Virus record (IMG/VR): IMGVR_UViG_3300009685_000011
Location: 1-64,000 of that record
Length of the DNA stretch: 64,000 nucleotides
From: a virus
Lineage: Duplodnaviria; Caudoviricetes
Strand: one strand, 5' to 3'
Numbering within the stretch: the stretch's first letter is position 1; each line of letters begins with the position of its first letter. The position numbers were made by a program, and so were the translations under genes. This document shows, piece after piece, positions 27,143 through 37,738 of this stretch. The notes beneath the pieces were generated by a model, which did no database searches, was not told where the DNA came from, and saw only the letters and a list, made by a program, of their open reading frames with translations.

Positions 27143-29990
27143 AAAATTATTTTATTAGATGAATGTTTTGCCTTTCTTTCGTTAAGCACCCTTCCTGTAT
27201 AGTCAAACCAAGTATCGTATACGTCATTATAATATCCTTGTATATAAAAATTACCTGTTTCTCCACCAAATGCTCTACGTAATCCTTTGTGGTAGTAAAT
27301 TATAATAGGAGCGTATACAGGAGGTAATTCTTCTGCTGGTTTAAACCCAAGAGTCATAGTCACTGTCTTCATTGTCGTATACAGTATTAATATTAATATG
27401 TCCAAAATAAAAATGACCATTTGAAATCCAAGCATCAAAATCAGTTTCAAACGTAACTATGTACATTCCTTCTTCTGTTTCTACTTGTTTTTCAGTATAG
27501 CATTTGTCAATATTAAGCATCTCTACAGGTAGAATACCAATAAGACCCGCATCTACCCAATATTTCCTACCATAATTATCAAAATAAGTACCGTCTCCAT
27601 AGGCTGTACCACCTACTAAACAATCGTGTCCAAAAATATTTTCTACAGATTCCGATTGAAAATAATCTGTTTGTTCTAATATTTGATCCCAAGATTTGTT
27701 AAAGATATAACAAGGATCTCCAATGTAATAAGTACCCGCTTTAAATGTCATCTGGTGTAAGATTTAAAATGCTATTTTTTAATGCAAACACTTCTATATT
27801 TTCTCCACTGTGTCTATCAAAACTATCTGTTACGTTATAATCAACTTTTACATTGTCTGCTGCTGTTTTAAGAGCAAGTTCCCATACAGATGTTAGAATT
27901 TCTTCGAAGTCAAGTTTTGTTAGATAGGTATTTTCCAAAATATCATCTTCATCAAAAGTAACTCCCATTCCAGTAAGTATTTTTTCAAAGTGTCTGTTCA
28001 TTATCTAAGGCTTCTTTTAAAGATTCATACTCTCGTCTTGTTTCATACGAAGCAAGTACACCATTTTCTACATTTCTTGCTTGCCACCACAGTTTAACTT
28101 CTGGCCAAGATTGTCCACATTGCCATATCCATACGTGCTCTTTTTCAAAACCTATACTATGTTGGGGTATACTTTCTTTGGTAACTCTTTTAGCGAGAAT
28201 ATCTGCGTTGTCAAAAATAATTTTATAACCAAGTTCAACAGCATAATCCCACAATTTTAAATCGTCTCTCATTTTACTTTTTTAATTACATCTCCTTTAG
28301 TATAAAGAGGTTGATAACGAAAATAAACAGTAATAATATTTTCAAATACAGACTCCCACATATTAATCTGGAAGTTAAATCTCACGCTTGTAACAAGCAT
28401 TTGTTTCATAGTTTTTTCAATATTCCTTTAGATGCGTTAAAATATACTTTTCCTCGTATGTCTTCAGAAAACGCTTTAATAAACCCTTTCTTAAGACTTA
28501 GATTAAGTTCTTTACAGGCCCTAACTTCAATGTCGTTTTGAGGAACATACCTGTTAAATTTTAGACATACTGAATTTTCATCTTCATCAATCCCGTCAAA
28601 ATTAAATATATTTTGAAAGGGAGAGATTTCTTCCTTAAATCTCTCCCATTCTTCTTTATTGAAATTCTGAAGTGTAATCCAGTAGTACGAACAATATTTA
28701 TGTTCTGGATAATTCATTGTACCACTTGTTTTACATCATAAAGAAAATACTGACGAAGCATTTCATAAATTTCAGAGTCTCGTCTAAAGCAATCTTTAAC
28801 AAGAGTCTTACTATACTTGGATTGAATTGTGTTGTAGATATAAGATGGGTGCATGTCGCAAATAGCCTCTATTGAAAGTTTTGTAGTGGAAAAATGCTGA
28901 CCTCTCAATCTCAAACGATACATTTTATGGTTTTCTTTATTCCAAGTACCAGCAAACTCAAAAAGCCTTTCAAAAGTAGAATCAAATTCCTTATCTACAG
29001 ATTCTTTTAGTATACCTATGTTCAATAAATGTTGTTTCAATTGTTTTTTAGAAAAAGAAACAGTTGTATCCAGGTTTTTAAGTTCAGTTTCTATTTCTGA
29101 CGGTACGCGCACCCATTTTGTAACTATAGAATTTTTAATTCCCTGTGCTTTAAGGTCTTTAGTAATAATCTTACTTACTTGAAGGTGAGTAAGATTTATA
29201 CCTTGTAAAGCAAGATTATGCTGCACATCAGCAGTAGTAGCATTTCCTTTGCTTTCAATGAGAGAAAGCAATACGTTTTTTACTTGTTCTTTCATTTATC
29301 TATTCCTTTTAAAAATATGTTTCCTATACGACTTGGTATATATTTATATGTAGTATCTGTGTAGATAACTTTTGTTAAAACACTCCATTCACTTGACCAA
29401 ACTCTGTTACTACTATTTAAGGTTTTAAGCGTTTCATATATTTTAATACAGTCTTCTGCATCTTGTTTAAATTCAGTTTCCAGTTGTTTCTGAAGTTTCT
29501 CTAATAGTTTCCCCATAGTTATTGATTATCCGCAACAGTTTTTAAAAGTGCATCAACTATATCACGCACAGACCACTGTCCTTTTTCTTGAGCAAGTCTT
29601 TCAATTTCTTTTGTGGCTTTACTTGCAAGTTCAGATTCAAAATTAGCACACAAATCTGCCCACCTACCAAGGTTTTTAATTTCGTGAACTTGTGCATAAT
29701 AACTGGCATTTTTCATTACTTTGGAGTGTTGTTCTTTCCAAATTAACCAGAGTCCTTCTCCAACTCCATCTATTTGATATTTGTCGAAGGGAATATATTT
29801 TCTCCCTTTCTTAATGTAGTAAACTTCAGGTTCTATTTTCATTTTGTTACGTCTATTGTTTCAAGTTCTTCAATAAATTCTTCATCATAACCTCTGGATA
29901 AAAGCCATTCTTTAAATAAATTCCACAACGATTGTTCGTTGATAAACTCATCCAATAACATTAGATACTCTTCTTTTTGTGTCATTTTAT
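27115..29990 (-). CDS. Cluster of about nine small hypothetical proteins (incl. 27341-27751, 27741-28001, 27985-28272, 28406-28717, 28714-29295, 29292-29516, 29519-29842)
   Basis: Tightly packed ORFs with 1-4 nt overlaps; 28714-29295 has an N-terminal wHTH-like pattern. Confidence 0.6.
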
Positions 29991-30457
29991 TATAGTTTAG
30001 TTACTTTGATTCGATATTGTTTTAGTTTTTCAATTCCACTTAAATCTCTGTATTCGTTCAGATAGACTACTTCGGATATTCCTACTTGTGCCAAAAGAGA
30101 TGCACAATGGAGACATGGATTGTAATTACAGTAAATAACACAGCCTTTAAGAGAAATACCATGTAATGCTGCTTGCGCTACAATATTTTCTTCTGCGTGA
30201 AGCACTTCTGGCTTTGTATTACCGTTTTCATCTTCTAAAGATTCATCTCCATATCTACTAACAGTACCGTTGTATCCTGTGCAGACTATTCTCTTGTCTT
30301 TAACTGCCACAGCCCCTACTTTGAGTCTATTTCCTTTGGACATTTCAGATGTTCTGATAGCAACATCCATGAAGTAATTATTCCATTTGTCTTCGTGAGG
30401 CTCAATCTCTAAATAGGTAAACACAGAGTCTCCTATTTTCATTTCCTTTTTTATCAT
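29990..30457 (-). CDS. dCMP deaminase
   Basis: LKVGAVAV...TGYNG, HAEEN and PCLHC zinc-deaminase motifs. Confidence 0.9.
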   Translation of the reverse strand: MIKKEMKIGDSVFTYLEIEPHEDKWNNYFMDVAIRTSEMSKGNRLKVGAVAVKDKRIVCTGYNGTVSRYGDESLEDENGNTKPEVLHAEENIVAQAALHGISLKGCVIYCNYNPCLHCASLLAQVGISEVVYLNEYRDLSGIEKLKQYRIKVTKL

Positions 30458-30717
30458 CTGTTAGCAAGTTCTCTTAAACACTTCAGTCTTTCCAAGTGGT
30501 TTTCAATATTGGCTATAATTTCGTCAATTTTATCTTTAGCATGATAAAACTTGTGAGTAGAACCTATTACTTGTTCGTTAGTAGACATATTTATCAAAGT
30601 ATGACCATTAAGCCCTGGTTCCGAAAGAAGCCATACGGGTGCAAGATTTACCTTTTTGGGGTTAAAGGCAAGGTCTTCTTGAAGAATAATCAAATCTCCT
30701 CTGTTAAAATAATTCAT
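30454..30717 (-). CDS. Hypothetical protein
   Basis: 87-aa coupled ORF. Confidence 0.55.
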   Translation of the reverse strand: MNYFNRGDLIILQEDLAFNPKKVNLAPVWLLSEPGLNGHTLINMSTNEQVIGSTHKFYHAKDKIDEIIANIENHLERLKCLRELANR

Positions 30718-31307
30718 TGTGTTTGTCTTTGACTTTGTTTAAAACTCGCAATTAGTATAATAAGGTTAAAAACAGTAAGTGCTAATCTAAATCCCATGTT
30801 ACCGTTAAACAGTCTTGGTACTTTAATACCAAAAACCGAATAATAAGCACCAGAATTAACATTGGTACCTTGATAGTACCAGGAATGACCTCCAAGAATG
30901 TTGATAAAAAACTTTTGAAAGAACACCGCTGGAGTGACAAGTAAAAGAAGTCTCCACCACTTTTTAGGGTTGTTAAGAAACATTCCAAGTGTCTGGAAAG
31001 ATTGAGCAAGCAAAGTAAAAAAATGGATGTCAACAAGTAAAAAAGGAAACAAAAATCCTAAAAAAGTCAACAAAGTACTTAGTAAAGATCCAATTAATGA
31101 CATCCACCATAGAAAGTTATTAGACTTTTTTACTTTTTTTCTTTGTCTTTTAGTTCTTCTTAGACTTATCCAAGTAAACAGTAAAGTAAAAACCAACCCC
31201 ACAGGTGCTAACCAGTCATACTCTCCGTAAAAAGAACCATTCATTATTCCTGAAGAAGCCCTGCTTAGTATAAACGCAGACTCTTCAATTGGTAGTATTT
31301 TTTGCAT
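30714..31307 (-). CDS. Multi-pass membrane protein
   Basis: Three to four hydrophobic segments with a basic cytoplasmic loop (RRTKRQRKKVKK). Confidence 0.6.
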   Translation of the reverse strand: MQKILPIEESAFILSRASSGIMNGSFYGEYDWLAPVGLVFTLLFTWISLRRTKRQRKKVKKSNNFLWWMSLIGSLLSTLLTFLGFLFPFLLVDIHFFTLLAQSFQTLGMFLNNPKKWWRLLLLVTPAVFFQKFFINILGGHSWYYQGTNVNSGAYYSVFGIKVPRLFNGNMGFRLALTVFNLIILIASFKQSQRQTQ

Positions 31308-31308
31308 A

Positions 31309-31348
31309 GTAAAAAATTAAAAAAGGAGGACATCTTACGACATCCTCC
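31309..31348 (-). terminator. Intrinsic terminator
   Basis: Minus strand GGAGGAUGUC-GUAA-GAUGUCCUCC (10 bp with two G-U pairs, GNRA loop) followed by UUUUUUAAUUUUUU. Confidence 0.8.
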
Positions 31349-31389
31349 CCACATAATTAAATCTCACAATGATGAATACTTTTTAACTT

Positions 31390-31758
31390 TTAATCTTTCC
31401 ACTCATTTTTAAACATAAACCAGAGTGTGCGTTTACGCCACTCATTAATTTTAACACCTCCGCCTGTTTCCATCCATTGATCTGCTGCTTTTTTATTACC
31501 ATCTTCATAAGTCCAAGATTTAGTAATAACATTGTAAGTAGAAACTCCAAGTGGAGTTTTCAAATCTACTACAATAGCATAGACCACAACTGTGTCATTA
31601 ACACTCCCCGTAGGAGTGAGATAGATAGTCGAGTCTTTTTTTACTTGTTGAGACTGACCAGCATTAACAGTTGCATTAGAAGGTGTTTGTACAGGTTTAC
31701 CAGATTGCCCATGAAGAGCAACTGCACACATTAGAAAGATAATACTTAGGTACTTCAT
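31390..31758 (-). CDS. Secreted/periplasmic protein with signal peptide
   Basis: MKYLSIIFLMCAVALHG-Q: SPI-type signal with Gln at +1, as common in Bacteroidota. Confidence 0.6.
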   Translation of the reverse strand: MKYLSIIFLMCAVALHGQSGKPVQTPSNATVNAGQSQQVKKDSTIYLTPTGSVNDTVVVYAIVVDLKTPLGVSTYNVITKSWTYEDGNKKAADQWMETGGGVKINEWRKRTLWFMFKNEWKD

Positions 31759-32321
31759 TTAATTGTAAATGTTTTAGTTAGAAAAACTTGATTGAATTGT
31801 TTATTATTGAAATCTACACCTAAAGACCATCCTTTATATCCCACTCCTGTGTAGAAATTTAGTTTATCACTAAGTCCCACTGTCAAAGACCAATCTGGAA
31901 TTTTAGGTATAAACACCTGTTCTTCCTGAATAGTTGAAGTACTATCGGTATAAAGTGTGATTTGAGGGTTCAAAGATACAAGTTCTCCCATTACTTCAGC
32001 GCTATAACTAAATTTATATTTATCAGTTTCTACCGAATCAATATAAACGTTATAAGGAACCATTAACTGTCCAGAATCAGAATACACAGAGTCTTGAATT
32101 ACCATCCATTTGGGAACTTCTCTTTCCACGTATTTGACAACGGGAACAGGTACTCTTAATACCACAGTATCTAAAAGAGTATCTGTGTGGTGTTCAATCC
32201 AAGTGTTGTTGATAATCTTTGATTTTTCAGGGACATATACACATCCTTTGTCTGTAAACCAAAGACATCCCAAGAACCCTATGAGTCCTGAAATAAACCA
32301 GTTAATTAGTTTCTGCTTCAT
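31755..32321 (-). CDS. N-terminally membrane-anchored protein with beta-rich C-terminus
   Basis: TM segment WFISGLIGFLGCLWF, then DT..DTV and beta-strand-like C-terminus with alternating hydrophobics. Confidence 0.55.
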   Translation of the reverse strand: MKQKLINWFISGLIGFLGCLWFTDKGCVYVPEKSKIINNTWIEHHTDTLLDTVVLRVPVPVVKYVEREVPKWMVIQDSVYSDSGQLMVPYNVYIDSVETDKYKFSYSAEVMGELVSLNPQITLYTDSTSTIQEEQVFIPKIPDWSLTVGLSDKLNFYTGVGYKGWSLGVDFNNKQFNQVFLTKTFTIK

Positions 32322-32701
32322 ACATATAATAAGTTGTGCCGTTTACTTTATAGGCAGCAATCACATTAGTGGAGTATTTTGCCATCACAACATCTGCTCT
32401 GTCAATACCTAACTGACGACTGATTTCTTTTATCGTAAATCCACTGTCTTTATTACGTTCGAGAAGACTTACAACTTTATAACGCTTGGGACATCTGCAA
32501 TTATGGCAATTATCACACTTGCTCATAAATATAATATACGGATTTATTTACTTTATAAGCACCAATTTTATCTTTATTTAAAAAGACCGTGTGCCAAACA
32601 TCTCCTCGTGTTACTTTAAGTTTTTTAGTAATAGCCTTTGTTGTAAATCCATATTTAGAGTTTTCCTTAAGAAACTCTACAATTTTAGATCGTTTTGTCA
32701 T
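32302..32701 (-). CDS. Two tandem paralogous small winged-helix-like proteins (32513-32701, 32302-32526)
   Basis: Both fit V..L..N...GFT.K.I...L...R.DV..........AYKVN...YY.YE. Confidence 0.6.
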
Positions 32702-32704
32702 AAT

Positions 32705-33649
32705 TTAAACAAGTTCAAGATTCGTGTTATCGTTGTTATCTTCTTCCTCTTCTTCAAAAGTATCTGTTACGATATTAAATTCGTCTTTAATATCCTGAAT
32801 TTTATTTGCAAGTTGTCCATAAGTTTTACACTCTTCCAACTCTCGGATAATCTGTGTTAATAGGACTTCAAAGTTGTTCATTTTCTTTTTGTTTAGATAG
32901 ATGTAAATACCTGACGCTCTAACTCTCTGTGATAAAAACCATCCCAAAGATTATCCCATTCACTTTTATGTCTAAACTCTGATTTTCTGTAGTTAAATAT
33001 AGGAACAACATCTTCGTCTGTCATCTTATCATACTCCTTCTGAGTAAGAAAAACACAAGTAGAAACATTAGGCCCGGTGCTATTCCAATTTCCAGCAGCC
33101 CAAACATGGTCTTTAATTAGTTTTTGCGATGCTCTTTTATCTGTTTTTTTTATTGTTTACGATTAAAATAAGCGTTCCAAAATTGAGTACGTTCCTCTTT
33201 ATTAAAAACGTATTTAAGAGCACGAGCGAGTGCTATTTTTCTACCTGTTTCTTTTACAAAGCGATCATTTTCAGATAGATAACATGTTCCCTTGCAAAAC
33301 TCAACAAATCCTTGAGTTTCTATAATACAAGTTGTTACTTTATTTTCAAAGTATTTAAAAGTGATCCAGTAATCTACATTATTGATATTGACTTTCATAC
33401 ACAAAGTTTTAAATTAATATGATATTCTGCGCAAACATTATCCAAAACAAACACGAGGTTTTCAAATTCTGAATAACCTTGAGACTCTTCGAGAGAGTCT
33501 ATAAGTTCCTGAATTTTGGGTATTTCATAAATAGAGTCTTTCATAAGACGATCTACAAAAGCAGCCTTATAAAAAGAAAACCCTACTGTGTCCAGAGGGT
33601 CTACATCAGTAAAACAAATGTCAGTTAAATCAATCGTTTTCGTGTACAT
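32705..33649 (-). CDS. Cluster of small hypothetical proteins (32705-32881, 32893-33153, 33150-33404, 33395-33649)
   Basis: Contiguous ORFs; 32893-33153 found by hand and lacks a canonical start near its 5' end. Confidence 0.5.
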
Positions 33650-34094
33650 CTTTAGGTGTTTGATACACTAGACTCTTAAGAACTTTTCCGTCATGGCGTT
33701 TAATCACATAGATGCTCCCAACGCGCTCCCAATAGCACTCAATAACTTGACCTGGTTTATCCCAATGCTCTCCTTTAAGATACGCATTAACTGTTTCTTG
33801 AGCAGTTTCTTCTGTTGTGCAGAATTTAGACCAGTTACTCATAGAAACACGGTTGGCATATTCTTCAAATTCTTCAAAAGATATACCATTGAATACCAAG
33901 TTGTTGACTATCATCCACATCAAATCTACACATCCATCTTTAACCCCATCTCGATCTTCTTTAAGAATTGCTTCTGTCAACTCATCAGTCTCTTCTTTAA
34001 TCAGTTCAACACCAAACATCTGTTGTCCTGTGGTACCGTTAGATTTAACTCCTGCTGTTTCCAACCAATCATAAACATCTTTAATCATTTTCAT
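33630..34094 (-). CDS. MazG-like NTP pyrophosphohydrolase (all-alpha dUTPase/PRA-PH-like)
   Basis: LIKEETDEL...DGCVDL...SNWSK...DGKVLKS pattern. Confidence 0.8.
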   Translation of the reverse strand: MKMIKDVYDWLETAGVKSNGTTGQQMFGVELIKEETDELTEAILKEDRDGVKDGCVDLMWMIVNNLVFNGISFEEFEEYANRVSMSNWSKFCTTEETAQETVNAYLKGEHWDKPGQVIECYWERVGSIYVIKRHDGKVLKSLVYQTPKDVHEND

Positions 34095-34372
34095 TACGCA
34101 AAGATTTTGTTAATATAAATATCGTTTTCACAATCAAAAAGTTCACAAACGTAATAACTACCTATTTCTACTTTGTTAAAAGTTTCTTCACTTACATATA
34201 CGTCTAAATATATCCCGTTACTAAAACTTAGTGTTAAATAATACCGTTCGTATTCATCCTGGTAGATTTTTCGAGTGAGAAGTCCTCGTTCTTTATAGGG
34301 GATACACTCACAAAAGAAAATATAATACAGCACAATAACAATAAGCAAAAAAAGAAGAAACGTGTAAACCAT
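34094..34372 (-). CDS. N-terminal TM hypothetical protein
   Basis: MVYTFLLFLLIVIVLYYIFF anchor. Confidence 0.55.
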   Translation of the reverse strand: MVYTFLLFLLIVIVLYYIFFCECIPYKERGLLTRKIYQDEYERYYLTLSFSNGIYLDVYVSEETFNKVEIGSYYVCELFDCENDIYINKIFA

Positions 34373-34386
34373 ACCATTATTTTAAG

Positions 34387-35031
34387 TTAAAGAATCTTTT
34401 TTGTCTTTTCAATAATTTCAAGTCTTAGTTTGGTCAGTTGTTCGTTTTCATCTTTACCAAGAGCACGAATATCCATCACCTTATCTAAACCCCACTTAAA
34501 CACATCATAGAGTTCTTTACGATCTCCTTCTGTAAATCTTATTGTTGTTTGTTTAGTTACAGAATCCCAATTTTCTATTGTGATACTATAATACTCAAAC
34601 AATCGTTTTGCCAAATAGATCACATGCAGTTGATTGTGGAGGTTCTCTTCTGGTAAAGTAGGATAACAATTTCTCAAATCCCATCGTACACATCTAAAAC
34701 GTCTACTTACAAGGTGAGCACAATGACTTCCAGAAGGCTCAAGATGAACTCCAGTAGAGTGGCAAATAGGAGGATAAATGTTACGAACCAGTCGAGAAAA
34801 AATCATATCTAATTTTTTCTCTGTAATACGTTCTCTTTTAATCCTTCTTTTCTGTTTTGCCTTTTCTTCCTTAGTTTTCTTTTTGTTCTTCTCTGCTTTT
34901 GTAGCACAATTTTGACAACACTTTTTCCTATTACCATCTATGGTAAGGGTTTTCCATAGTGACGGAAAACCCTTCCCACATAGTTGGCAGATTTTAAGTG
35001 TTTGTTTTTTTTGACGTGTCTGCGATTGCAT
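34387..35031 (-). CDS. ninG: NinG-like (Rap) recombination endonuclease
   Basis: LDMIFSRLVR...C...G....CAHLVSR....RWDLRNCY....N pattern; N-terminal CxxC...CxxC. Confidence 0.7.
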   Translation of the reverse strand: MQSQTRQKKQTLKICQLCGKGFPSLWKTLTIDGNRKKCCQNCATKAEKNKKKTKEEKAKQKRRIKRERITEKKLDMIFSRLVRNIYPPICHSTGVHLEPSGSHCAHLVSRRFRCVRWDLRNCYPTLPEENLHNQLHVIYLAKRLFEYYSITIENWDSVTKQTTIRFTEGDRKELYDVFKWGLDKVMDIRALGKDENEQLTKLRLEIIEKTKKIL

Positions 35032-35613
35032 TATGCAACAACGTTAGCGTTAAAATAACGAAGGAGAGATGCAATTTCTTCAGGGTTTTCTACCTTTTGA
35101 AGCATGGGTTGCATCACTTTAACTACTTCTTCGTGTTTAAAGTATTCCTGTGCTTTAGTCTGTTTTACTCGAATAGAGTGTTTCAAAGGTACAGGATAAA
35201 CTTGTTCGGCAACAACATTATATTCAATACCAATATATTCTGTTGTTGTAGTTTGTTTTTCTCCTTCTTTTTCTTCTTCTTTAGTGATGACTACGTGACT
35301 AAACCTCATAATATTAGAGGCTCCTGTAGGTGTAAAGAAAGTGACGTGGTACCCTTCTTCAGGGATACTCATAGTTGTTTTAATATACATATAGTAGTTA
35401 TTTAGATAAACATTTTTCAGCCTCTGGCTTATGCCTAAGTATTTCTTTAAGAAATTCTTTTACTTGCTTGGGATCAATTCCAATTGAGTTTACTGTAGAG
35501 TTTCCATAATGATATTGGCTTAATTCTATTGTACCATTGTAGTAAGCAACTTGAATTGGTTGCTCTTTCCCGTTGTGGAAAACAAAAGAAGGCACTGTTA
35601 CTAAATCTGTCAT
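35031..35613 (-). CDS. Two hypothetical proteins (35031-35390, 35398-35613)
   Basis: ORFs without recognised motifs. Confidence 0.55.
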
Positions 35614-36008
35614 AATTCGTTAGATGGTAAATTAACATGTAATTCTTCAGCGGCAAATATATATACCCTTTGCATAAAGTCTGACATTTCTTGTTTGTTT
35701 AATTTAGAGGTCTCTGGTGGAATAGAGTAAGTATGTCCGTCTATTTCTTTTTCTTCGCATCCCAAAAACTTGCATTTCAACCAGTATTTGACCACTTCAT
35801 TATCTTCTCCTATTTCACTGCTAATAATATTAATCCACTTATGAAACAAAGCATTTTGATTCAGAGACCTTTTGCGAGAGATAGTAATAACCATTTCTGC
35901 ATTTAAGGGAGTCTCTCTAAGAAAAGAATAATACTCTCCCTTAGGAAATTCTAAAGAAGGTAATCCTTCTCTTTCTTTTCTAATTGCTTTTAGGGTTATT
36001 TCGTTCAT
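35610..36008 (-). CDS. ninB: NinB/Orf-like recombination protein
   Basis: KRSLNQNALFHKW...I....G....K..FLG...TSKLNKQEMSDFM..V...A.E.L pattern. Confidence 0.7.
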   Translation of the reverse strand: MNEITLKAIRKEREGLPSLEFPKGEYYSFLRETPLNAEMVITISRKRSLNQNALFHKWINIISSEIGEDNEVVKYWLKCKFLGCEEKEIDGHTYSIPPETSKLNKQEMSDFMQRVYIFAAEELHVNLPSNEL

Positions 36009-36573
36009 TCTTTTCTCTTTTAATATCTACCCAAAGCACAGCCTGTAAAGCAGAAGCAATTATTTTATGTTCGACTGCTTGTTCTTGAATAATAAGTTCA
36101 AGATCACGATACCTCTTTGGAGTAAGATAAATTCCAGGAATCAAATCTTTTTGAATGTGAGTATCTATAGTAACGTGATTCGAAGTTGTTGGGTAGACTA
36201 TGTTGTGATAGAAATTTTTAGTCTTGGGGCCATTTAATATTTTTTGTATGAATCTGTCTTTTTCATCATCAGAATGAACCAAAACCATATCTGAGAATAA
36301 CTGTGTTGCTCTTTTCTTTTGAAGACTGAACGTACCACAGTTTTGACATTCACACCACTCTCGCACAAGTCTTTGGTTCATTTCCCAAGATTTCATTGGG
36401 GAAAACAAAGCAGTAAGACCTGCTACTAATCTTATAGGTAAGTCGTGCTCTTTTGCAAGACTTTCACAAAAACTATTTGCTCTTGGGTACCAAGAAATAC
36501 CCTCTTGTAAAACTTGGGGAGAGGCCCCTAAGAACCTCTCCCTTATTTTATTCTCGATTAAATTGAAACTCAT
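35980..36573 (-). CDS. Conserved phage protein, possible HhH-glycosylase-like fold
   Basis: GISWY..A, ALFSP..SW..N, GPKT.NF..NI, VTIDTH motifs; fold assignment is inference. Confidence 0.45.
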   Translation of the reverse strand: MSFNLIENKIRERFLGASPQVLQEGISWYPRANSFCESLAKEHDLPIRLVAGLTALFSPMKSWEMNQRLVREWCECQNCGTFSLQKKRATQLFSDMVLVHSDDEKDRFIQKILNGPKTKNFYHNIVYPTTSNHVTIDTHIQKDLIPGIYLTPKRYRDLELIIQEQAVEHKIIASALQAVLWVDIKREKNERNNPKSN

Positions 36574-36583
36574 CTAAAAGTGA

Positions 36584-37738
36584 TTAAACTTTAATTACGC
36601 GATCAGAAACATCAGGTACCATTACTTTAGAAATATTGGAAAACATTTCTTTAAAGTTAATATCAGGAACTTCTTTTAAAAGGGTGTGTTTAATTCCTCC
36701 TACGGCAAAGTTATCTTCATCGGCAATAAGAGACTGAAGGGTTTGTTGGTGATCTTGATACAATTGTTCAATCATATCTTCGATTTCAGGAGTCAATTCA
36801 AAGTCGTTAATTTCTTTAATTTCACAAAGAGGTGTGAGTGCTTGAACGCGAAGTTTAGAATTATCGCTGTACGGAGCATGAAGTACGTGCATCGGGTTGA
36901 ATATAACAGCCAAACGTACATCACCATATCCGTAGTCATAGTAACGACCAGAGTGAACATGAAGTCCTGCACTACATTCGGTGGATGAAAAATCACACTC
37001 TTCAACTGGAAGTCGTGATTCTTTACCAAGATAGTATTTCATCCTTCCGTTTTTACCGGAATGTACACTTTCATAATCTGTGTTACTGCCCATATTTGCG
37101 TATAGTTCTTTCAAGCTACCTTCACAAGAACTCCCTACGGCGTTTGTTAAAGACAGTTCTCCATAAACGTTTTTAAAAACATTTACATTAGTGCTTTTTT
37201 TGGTTTTACGAATTCTTTCGTAATTTTCTTTTACGAATTGATTGAGTTCTGAATTAGAGTTTAACTTGTTTGCACGACGAAATGCTACTACAAAACCTTG
37301 TTTCGTAATAAGCATTTTATTAGCCCTCACATAATTATAGAAACTTTCTCTTGATTCAGCAGTTCGAATTAGAGAAGTCCATGCCCAAAACTTATCGAGT
37401 TTAGCAAGTTCCTCTGTACTTTCAGAGTCTATGCAAAACTTGATTCGCTCTGCAAGAACACGAGGAATAGCAACAGGAATTCCAACACGAAACAATTCAT
37501 TTTCTTCCCAATAAAAATCAGGATGTTCAACCTTGATTTTATTGTTACTCTCAACGATTACATCTACTTCTCGTTTAATCTCTTCAGATTTTGGATAAAG
37601 AAGACATACGACTTCTTCTGGAGTAGGATTCTCCAGGTTAATAATTTGTACTGCTACTTCTTTTGGACAGTTAGCAGTAAAAATGGTTCCGTCATCGAAA
37701 ATAACGGTAATGGATGAACTTGAATAATTTACTTGCAT
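36584..37738 (-). CDS. rIIB: rIIB-like protein
   Basis: KFW..., SFYNYV....ITKQG.VVAFR, CSAGLHV...Y...Y......FNP..V...P.D..KLRV pattern; directly downstream of rIIA. Confidence 0.8.
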   Translation of the reverse strand: MQVNYSSSSITVIFDDGTIFTANCPKEVAVQIINLENPTPEEVVCLLYPKSEEIKREVDVIVESNNKIKVEHPDFYWEENELFRVGIPVAIPRVLAERIKFCIDSESTEELAKLDKFWAWTSLIRTAESRESFYNYVRANKMLITKQGFVVAFRRANKLNSNSELNQFVKENYERIRKTKKSTNVNVFKNVYGELSLTNAVGSSCEGSLKELYANMGSNTDYESVHSGKNGRMKYYLGKESRLPVEECDFSSTECSAGLHVHSGRYYDYGYGDVRLAVIFNPMHVLHAPYSDNSKLRVQALTPLCEIKEINDFELTPEIEDMIEQLYQDHQQTLQSLIADEDNFAVGGIKHTLLKEVPDINFKEMFSNISKVMVPDVSDRVIKV

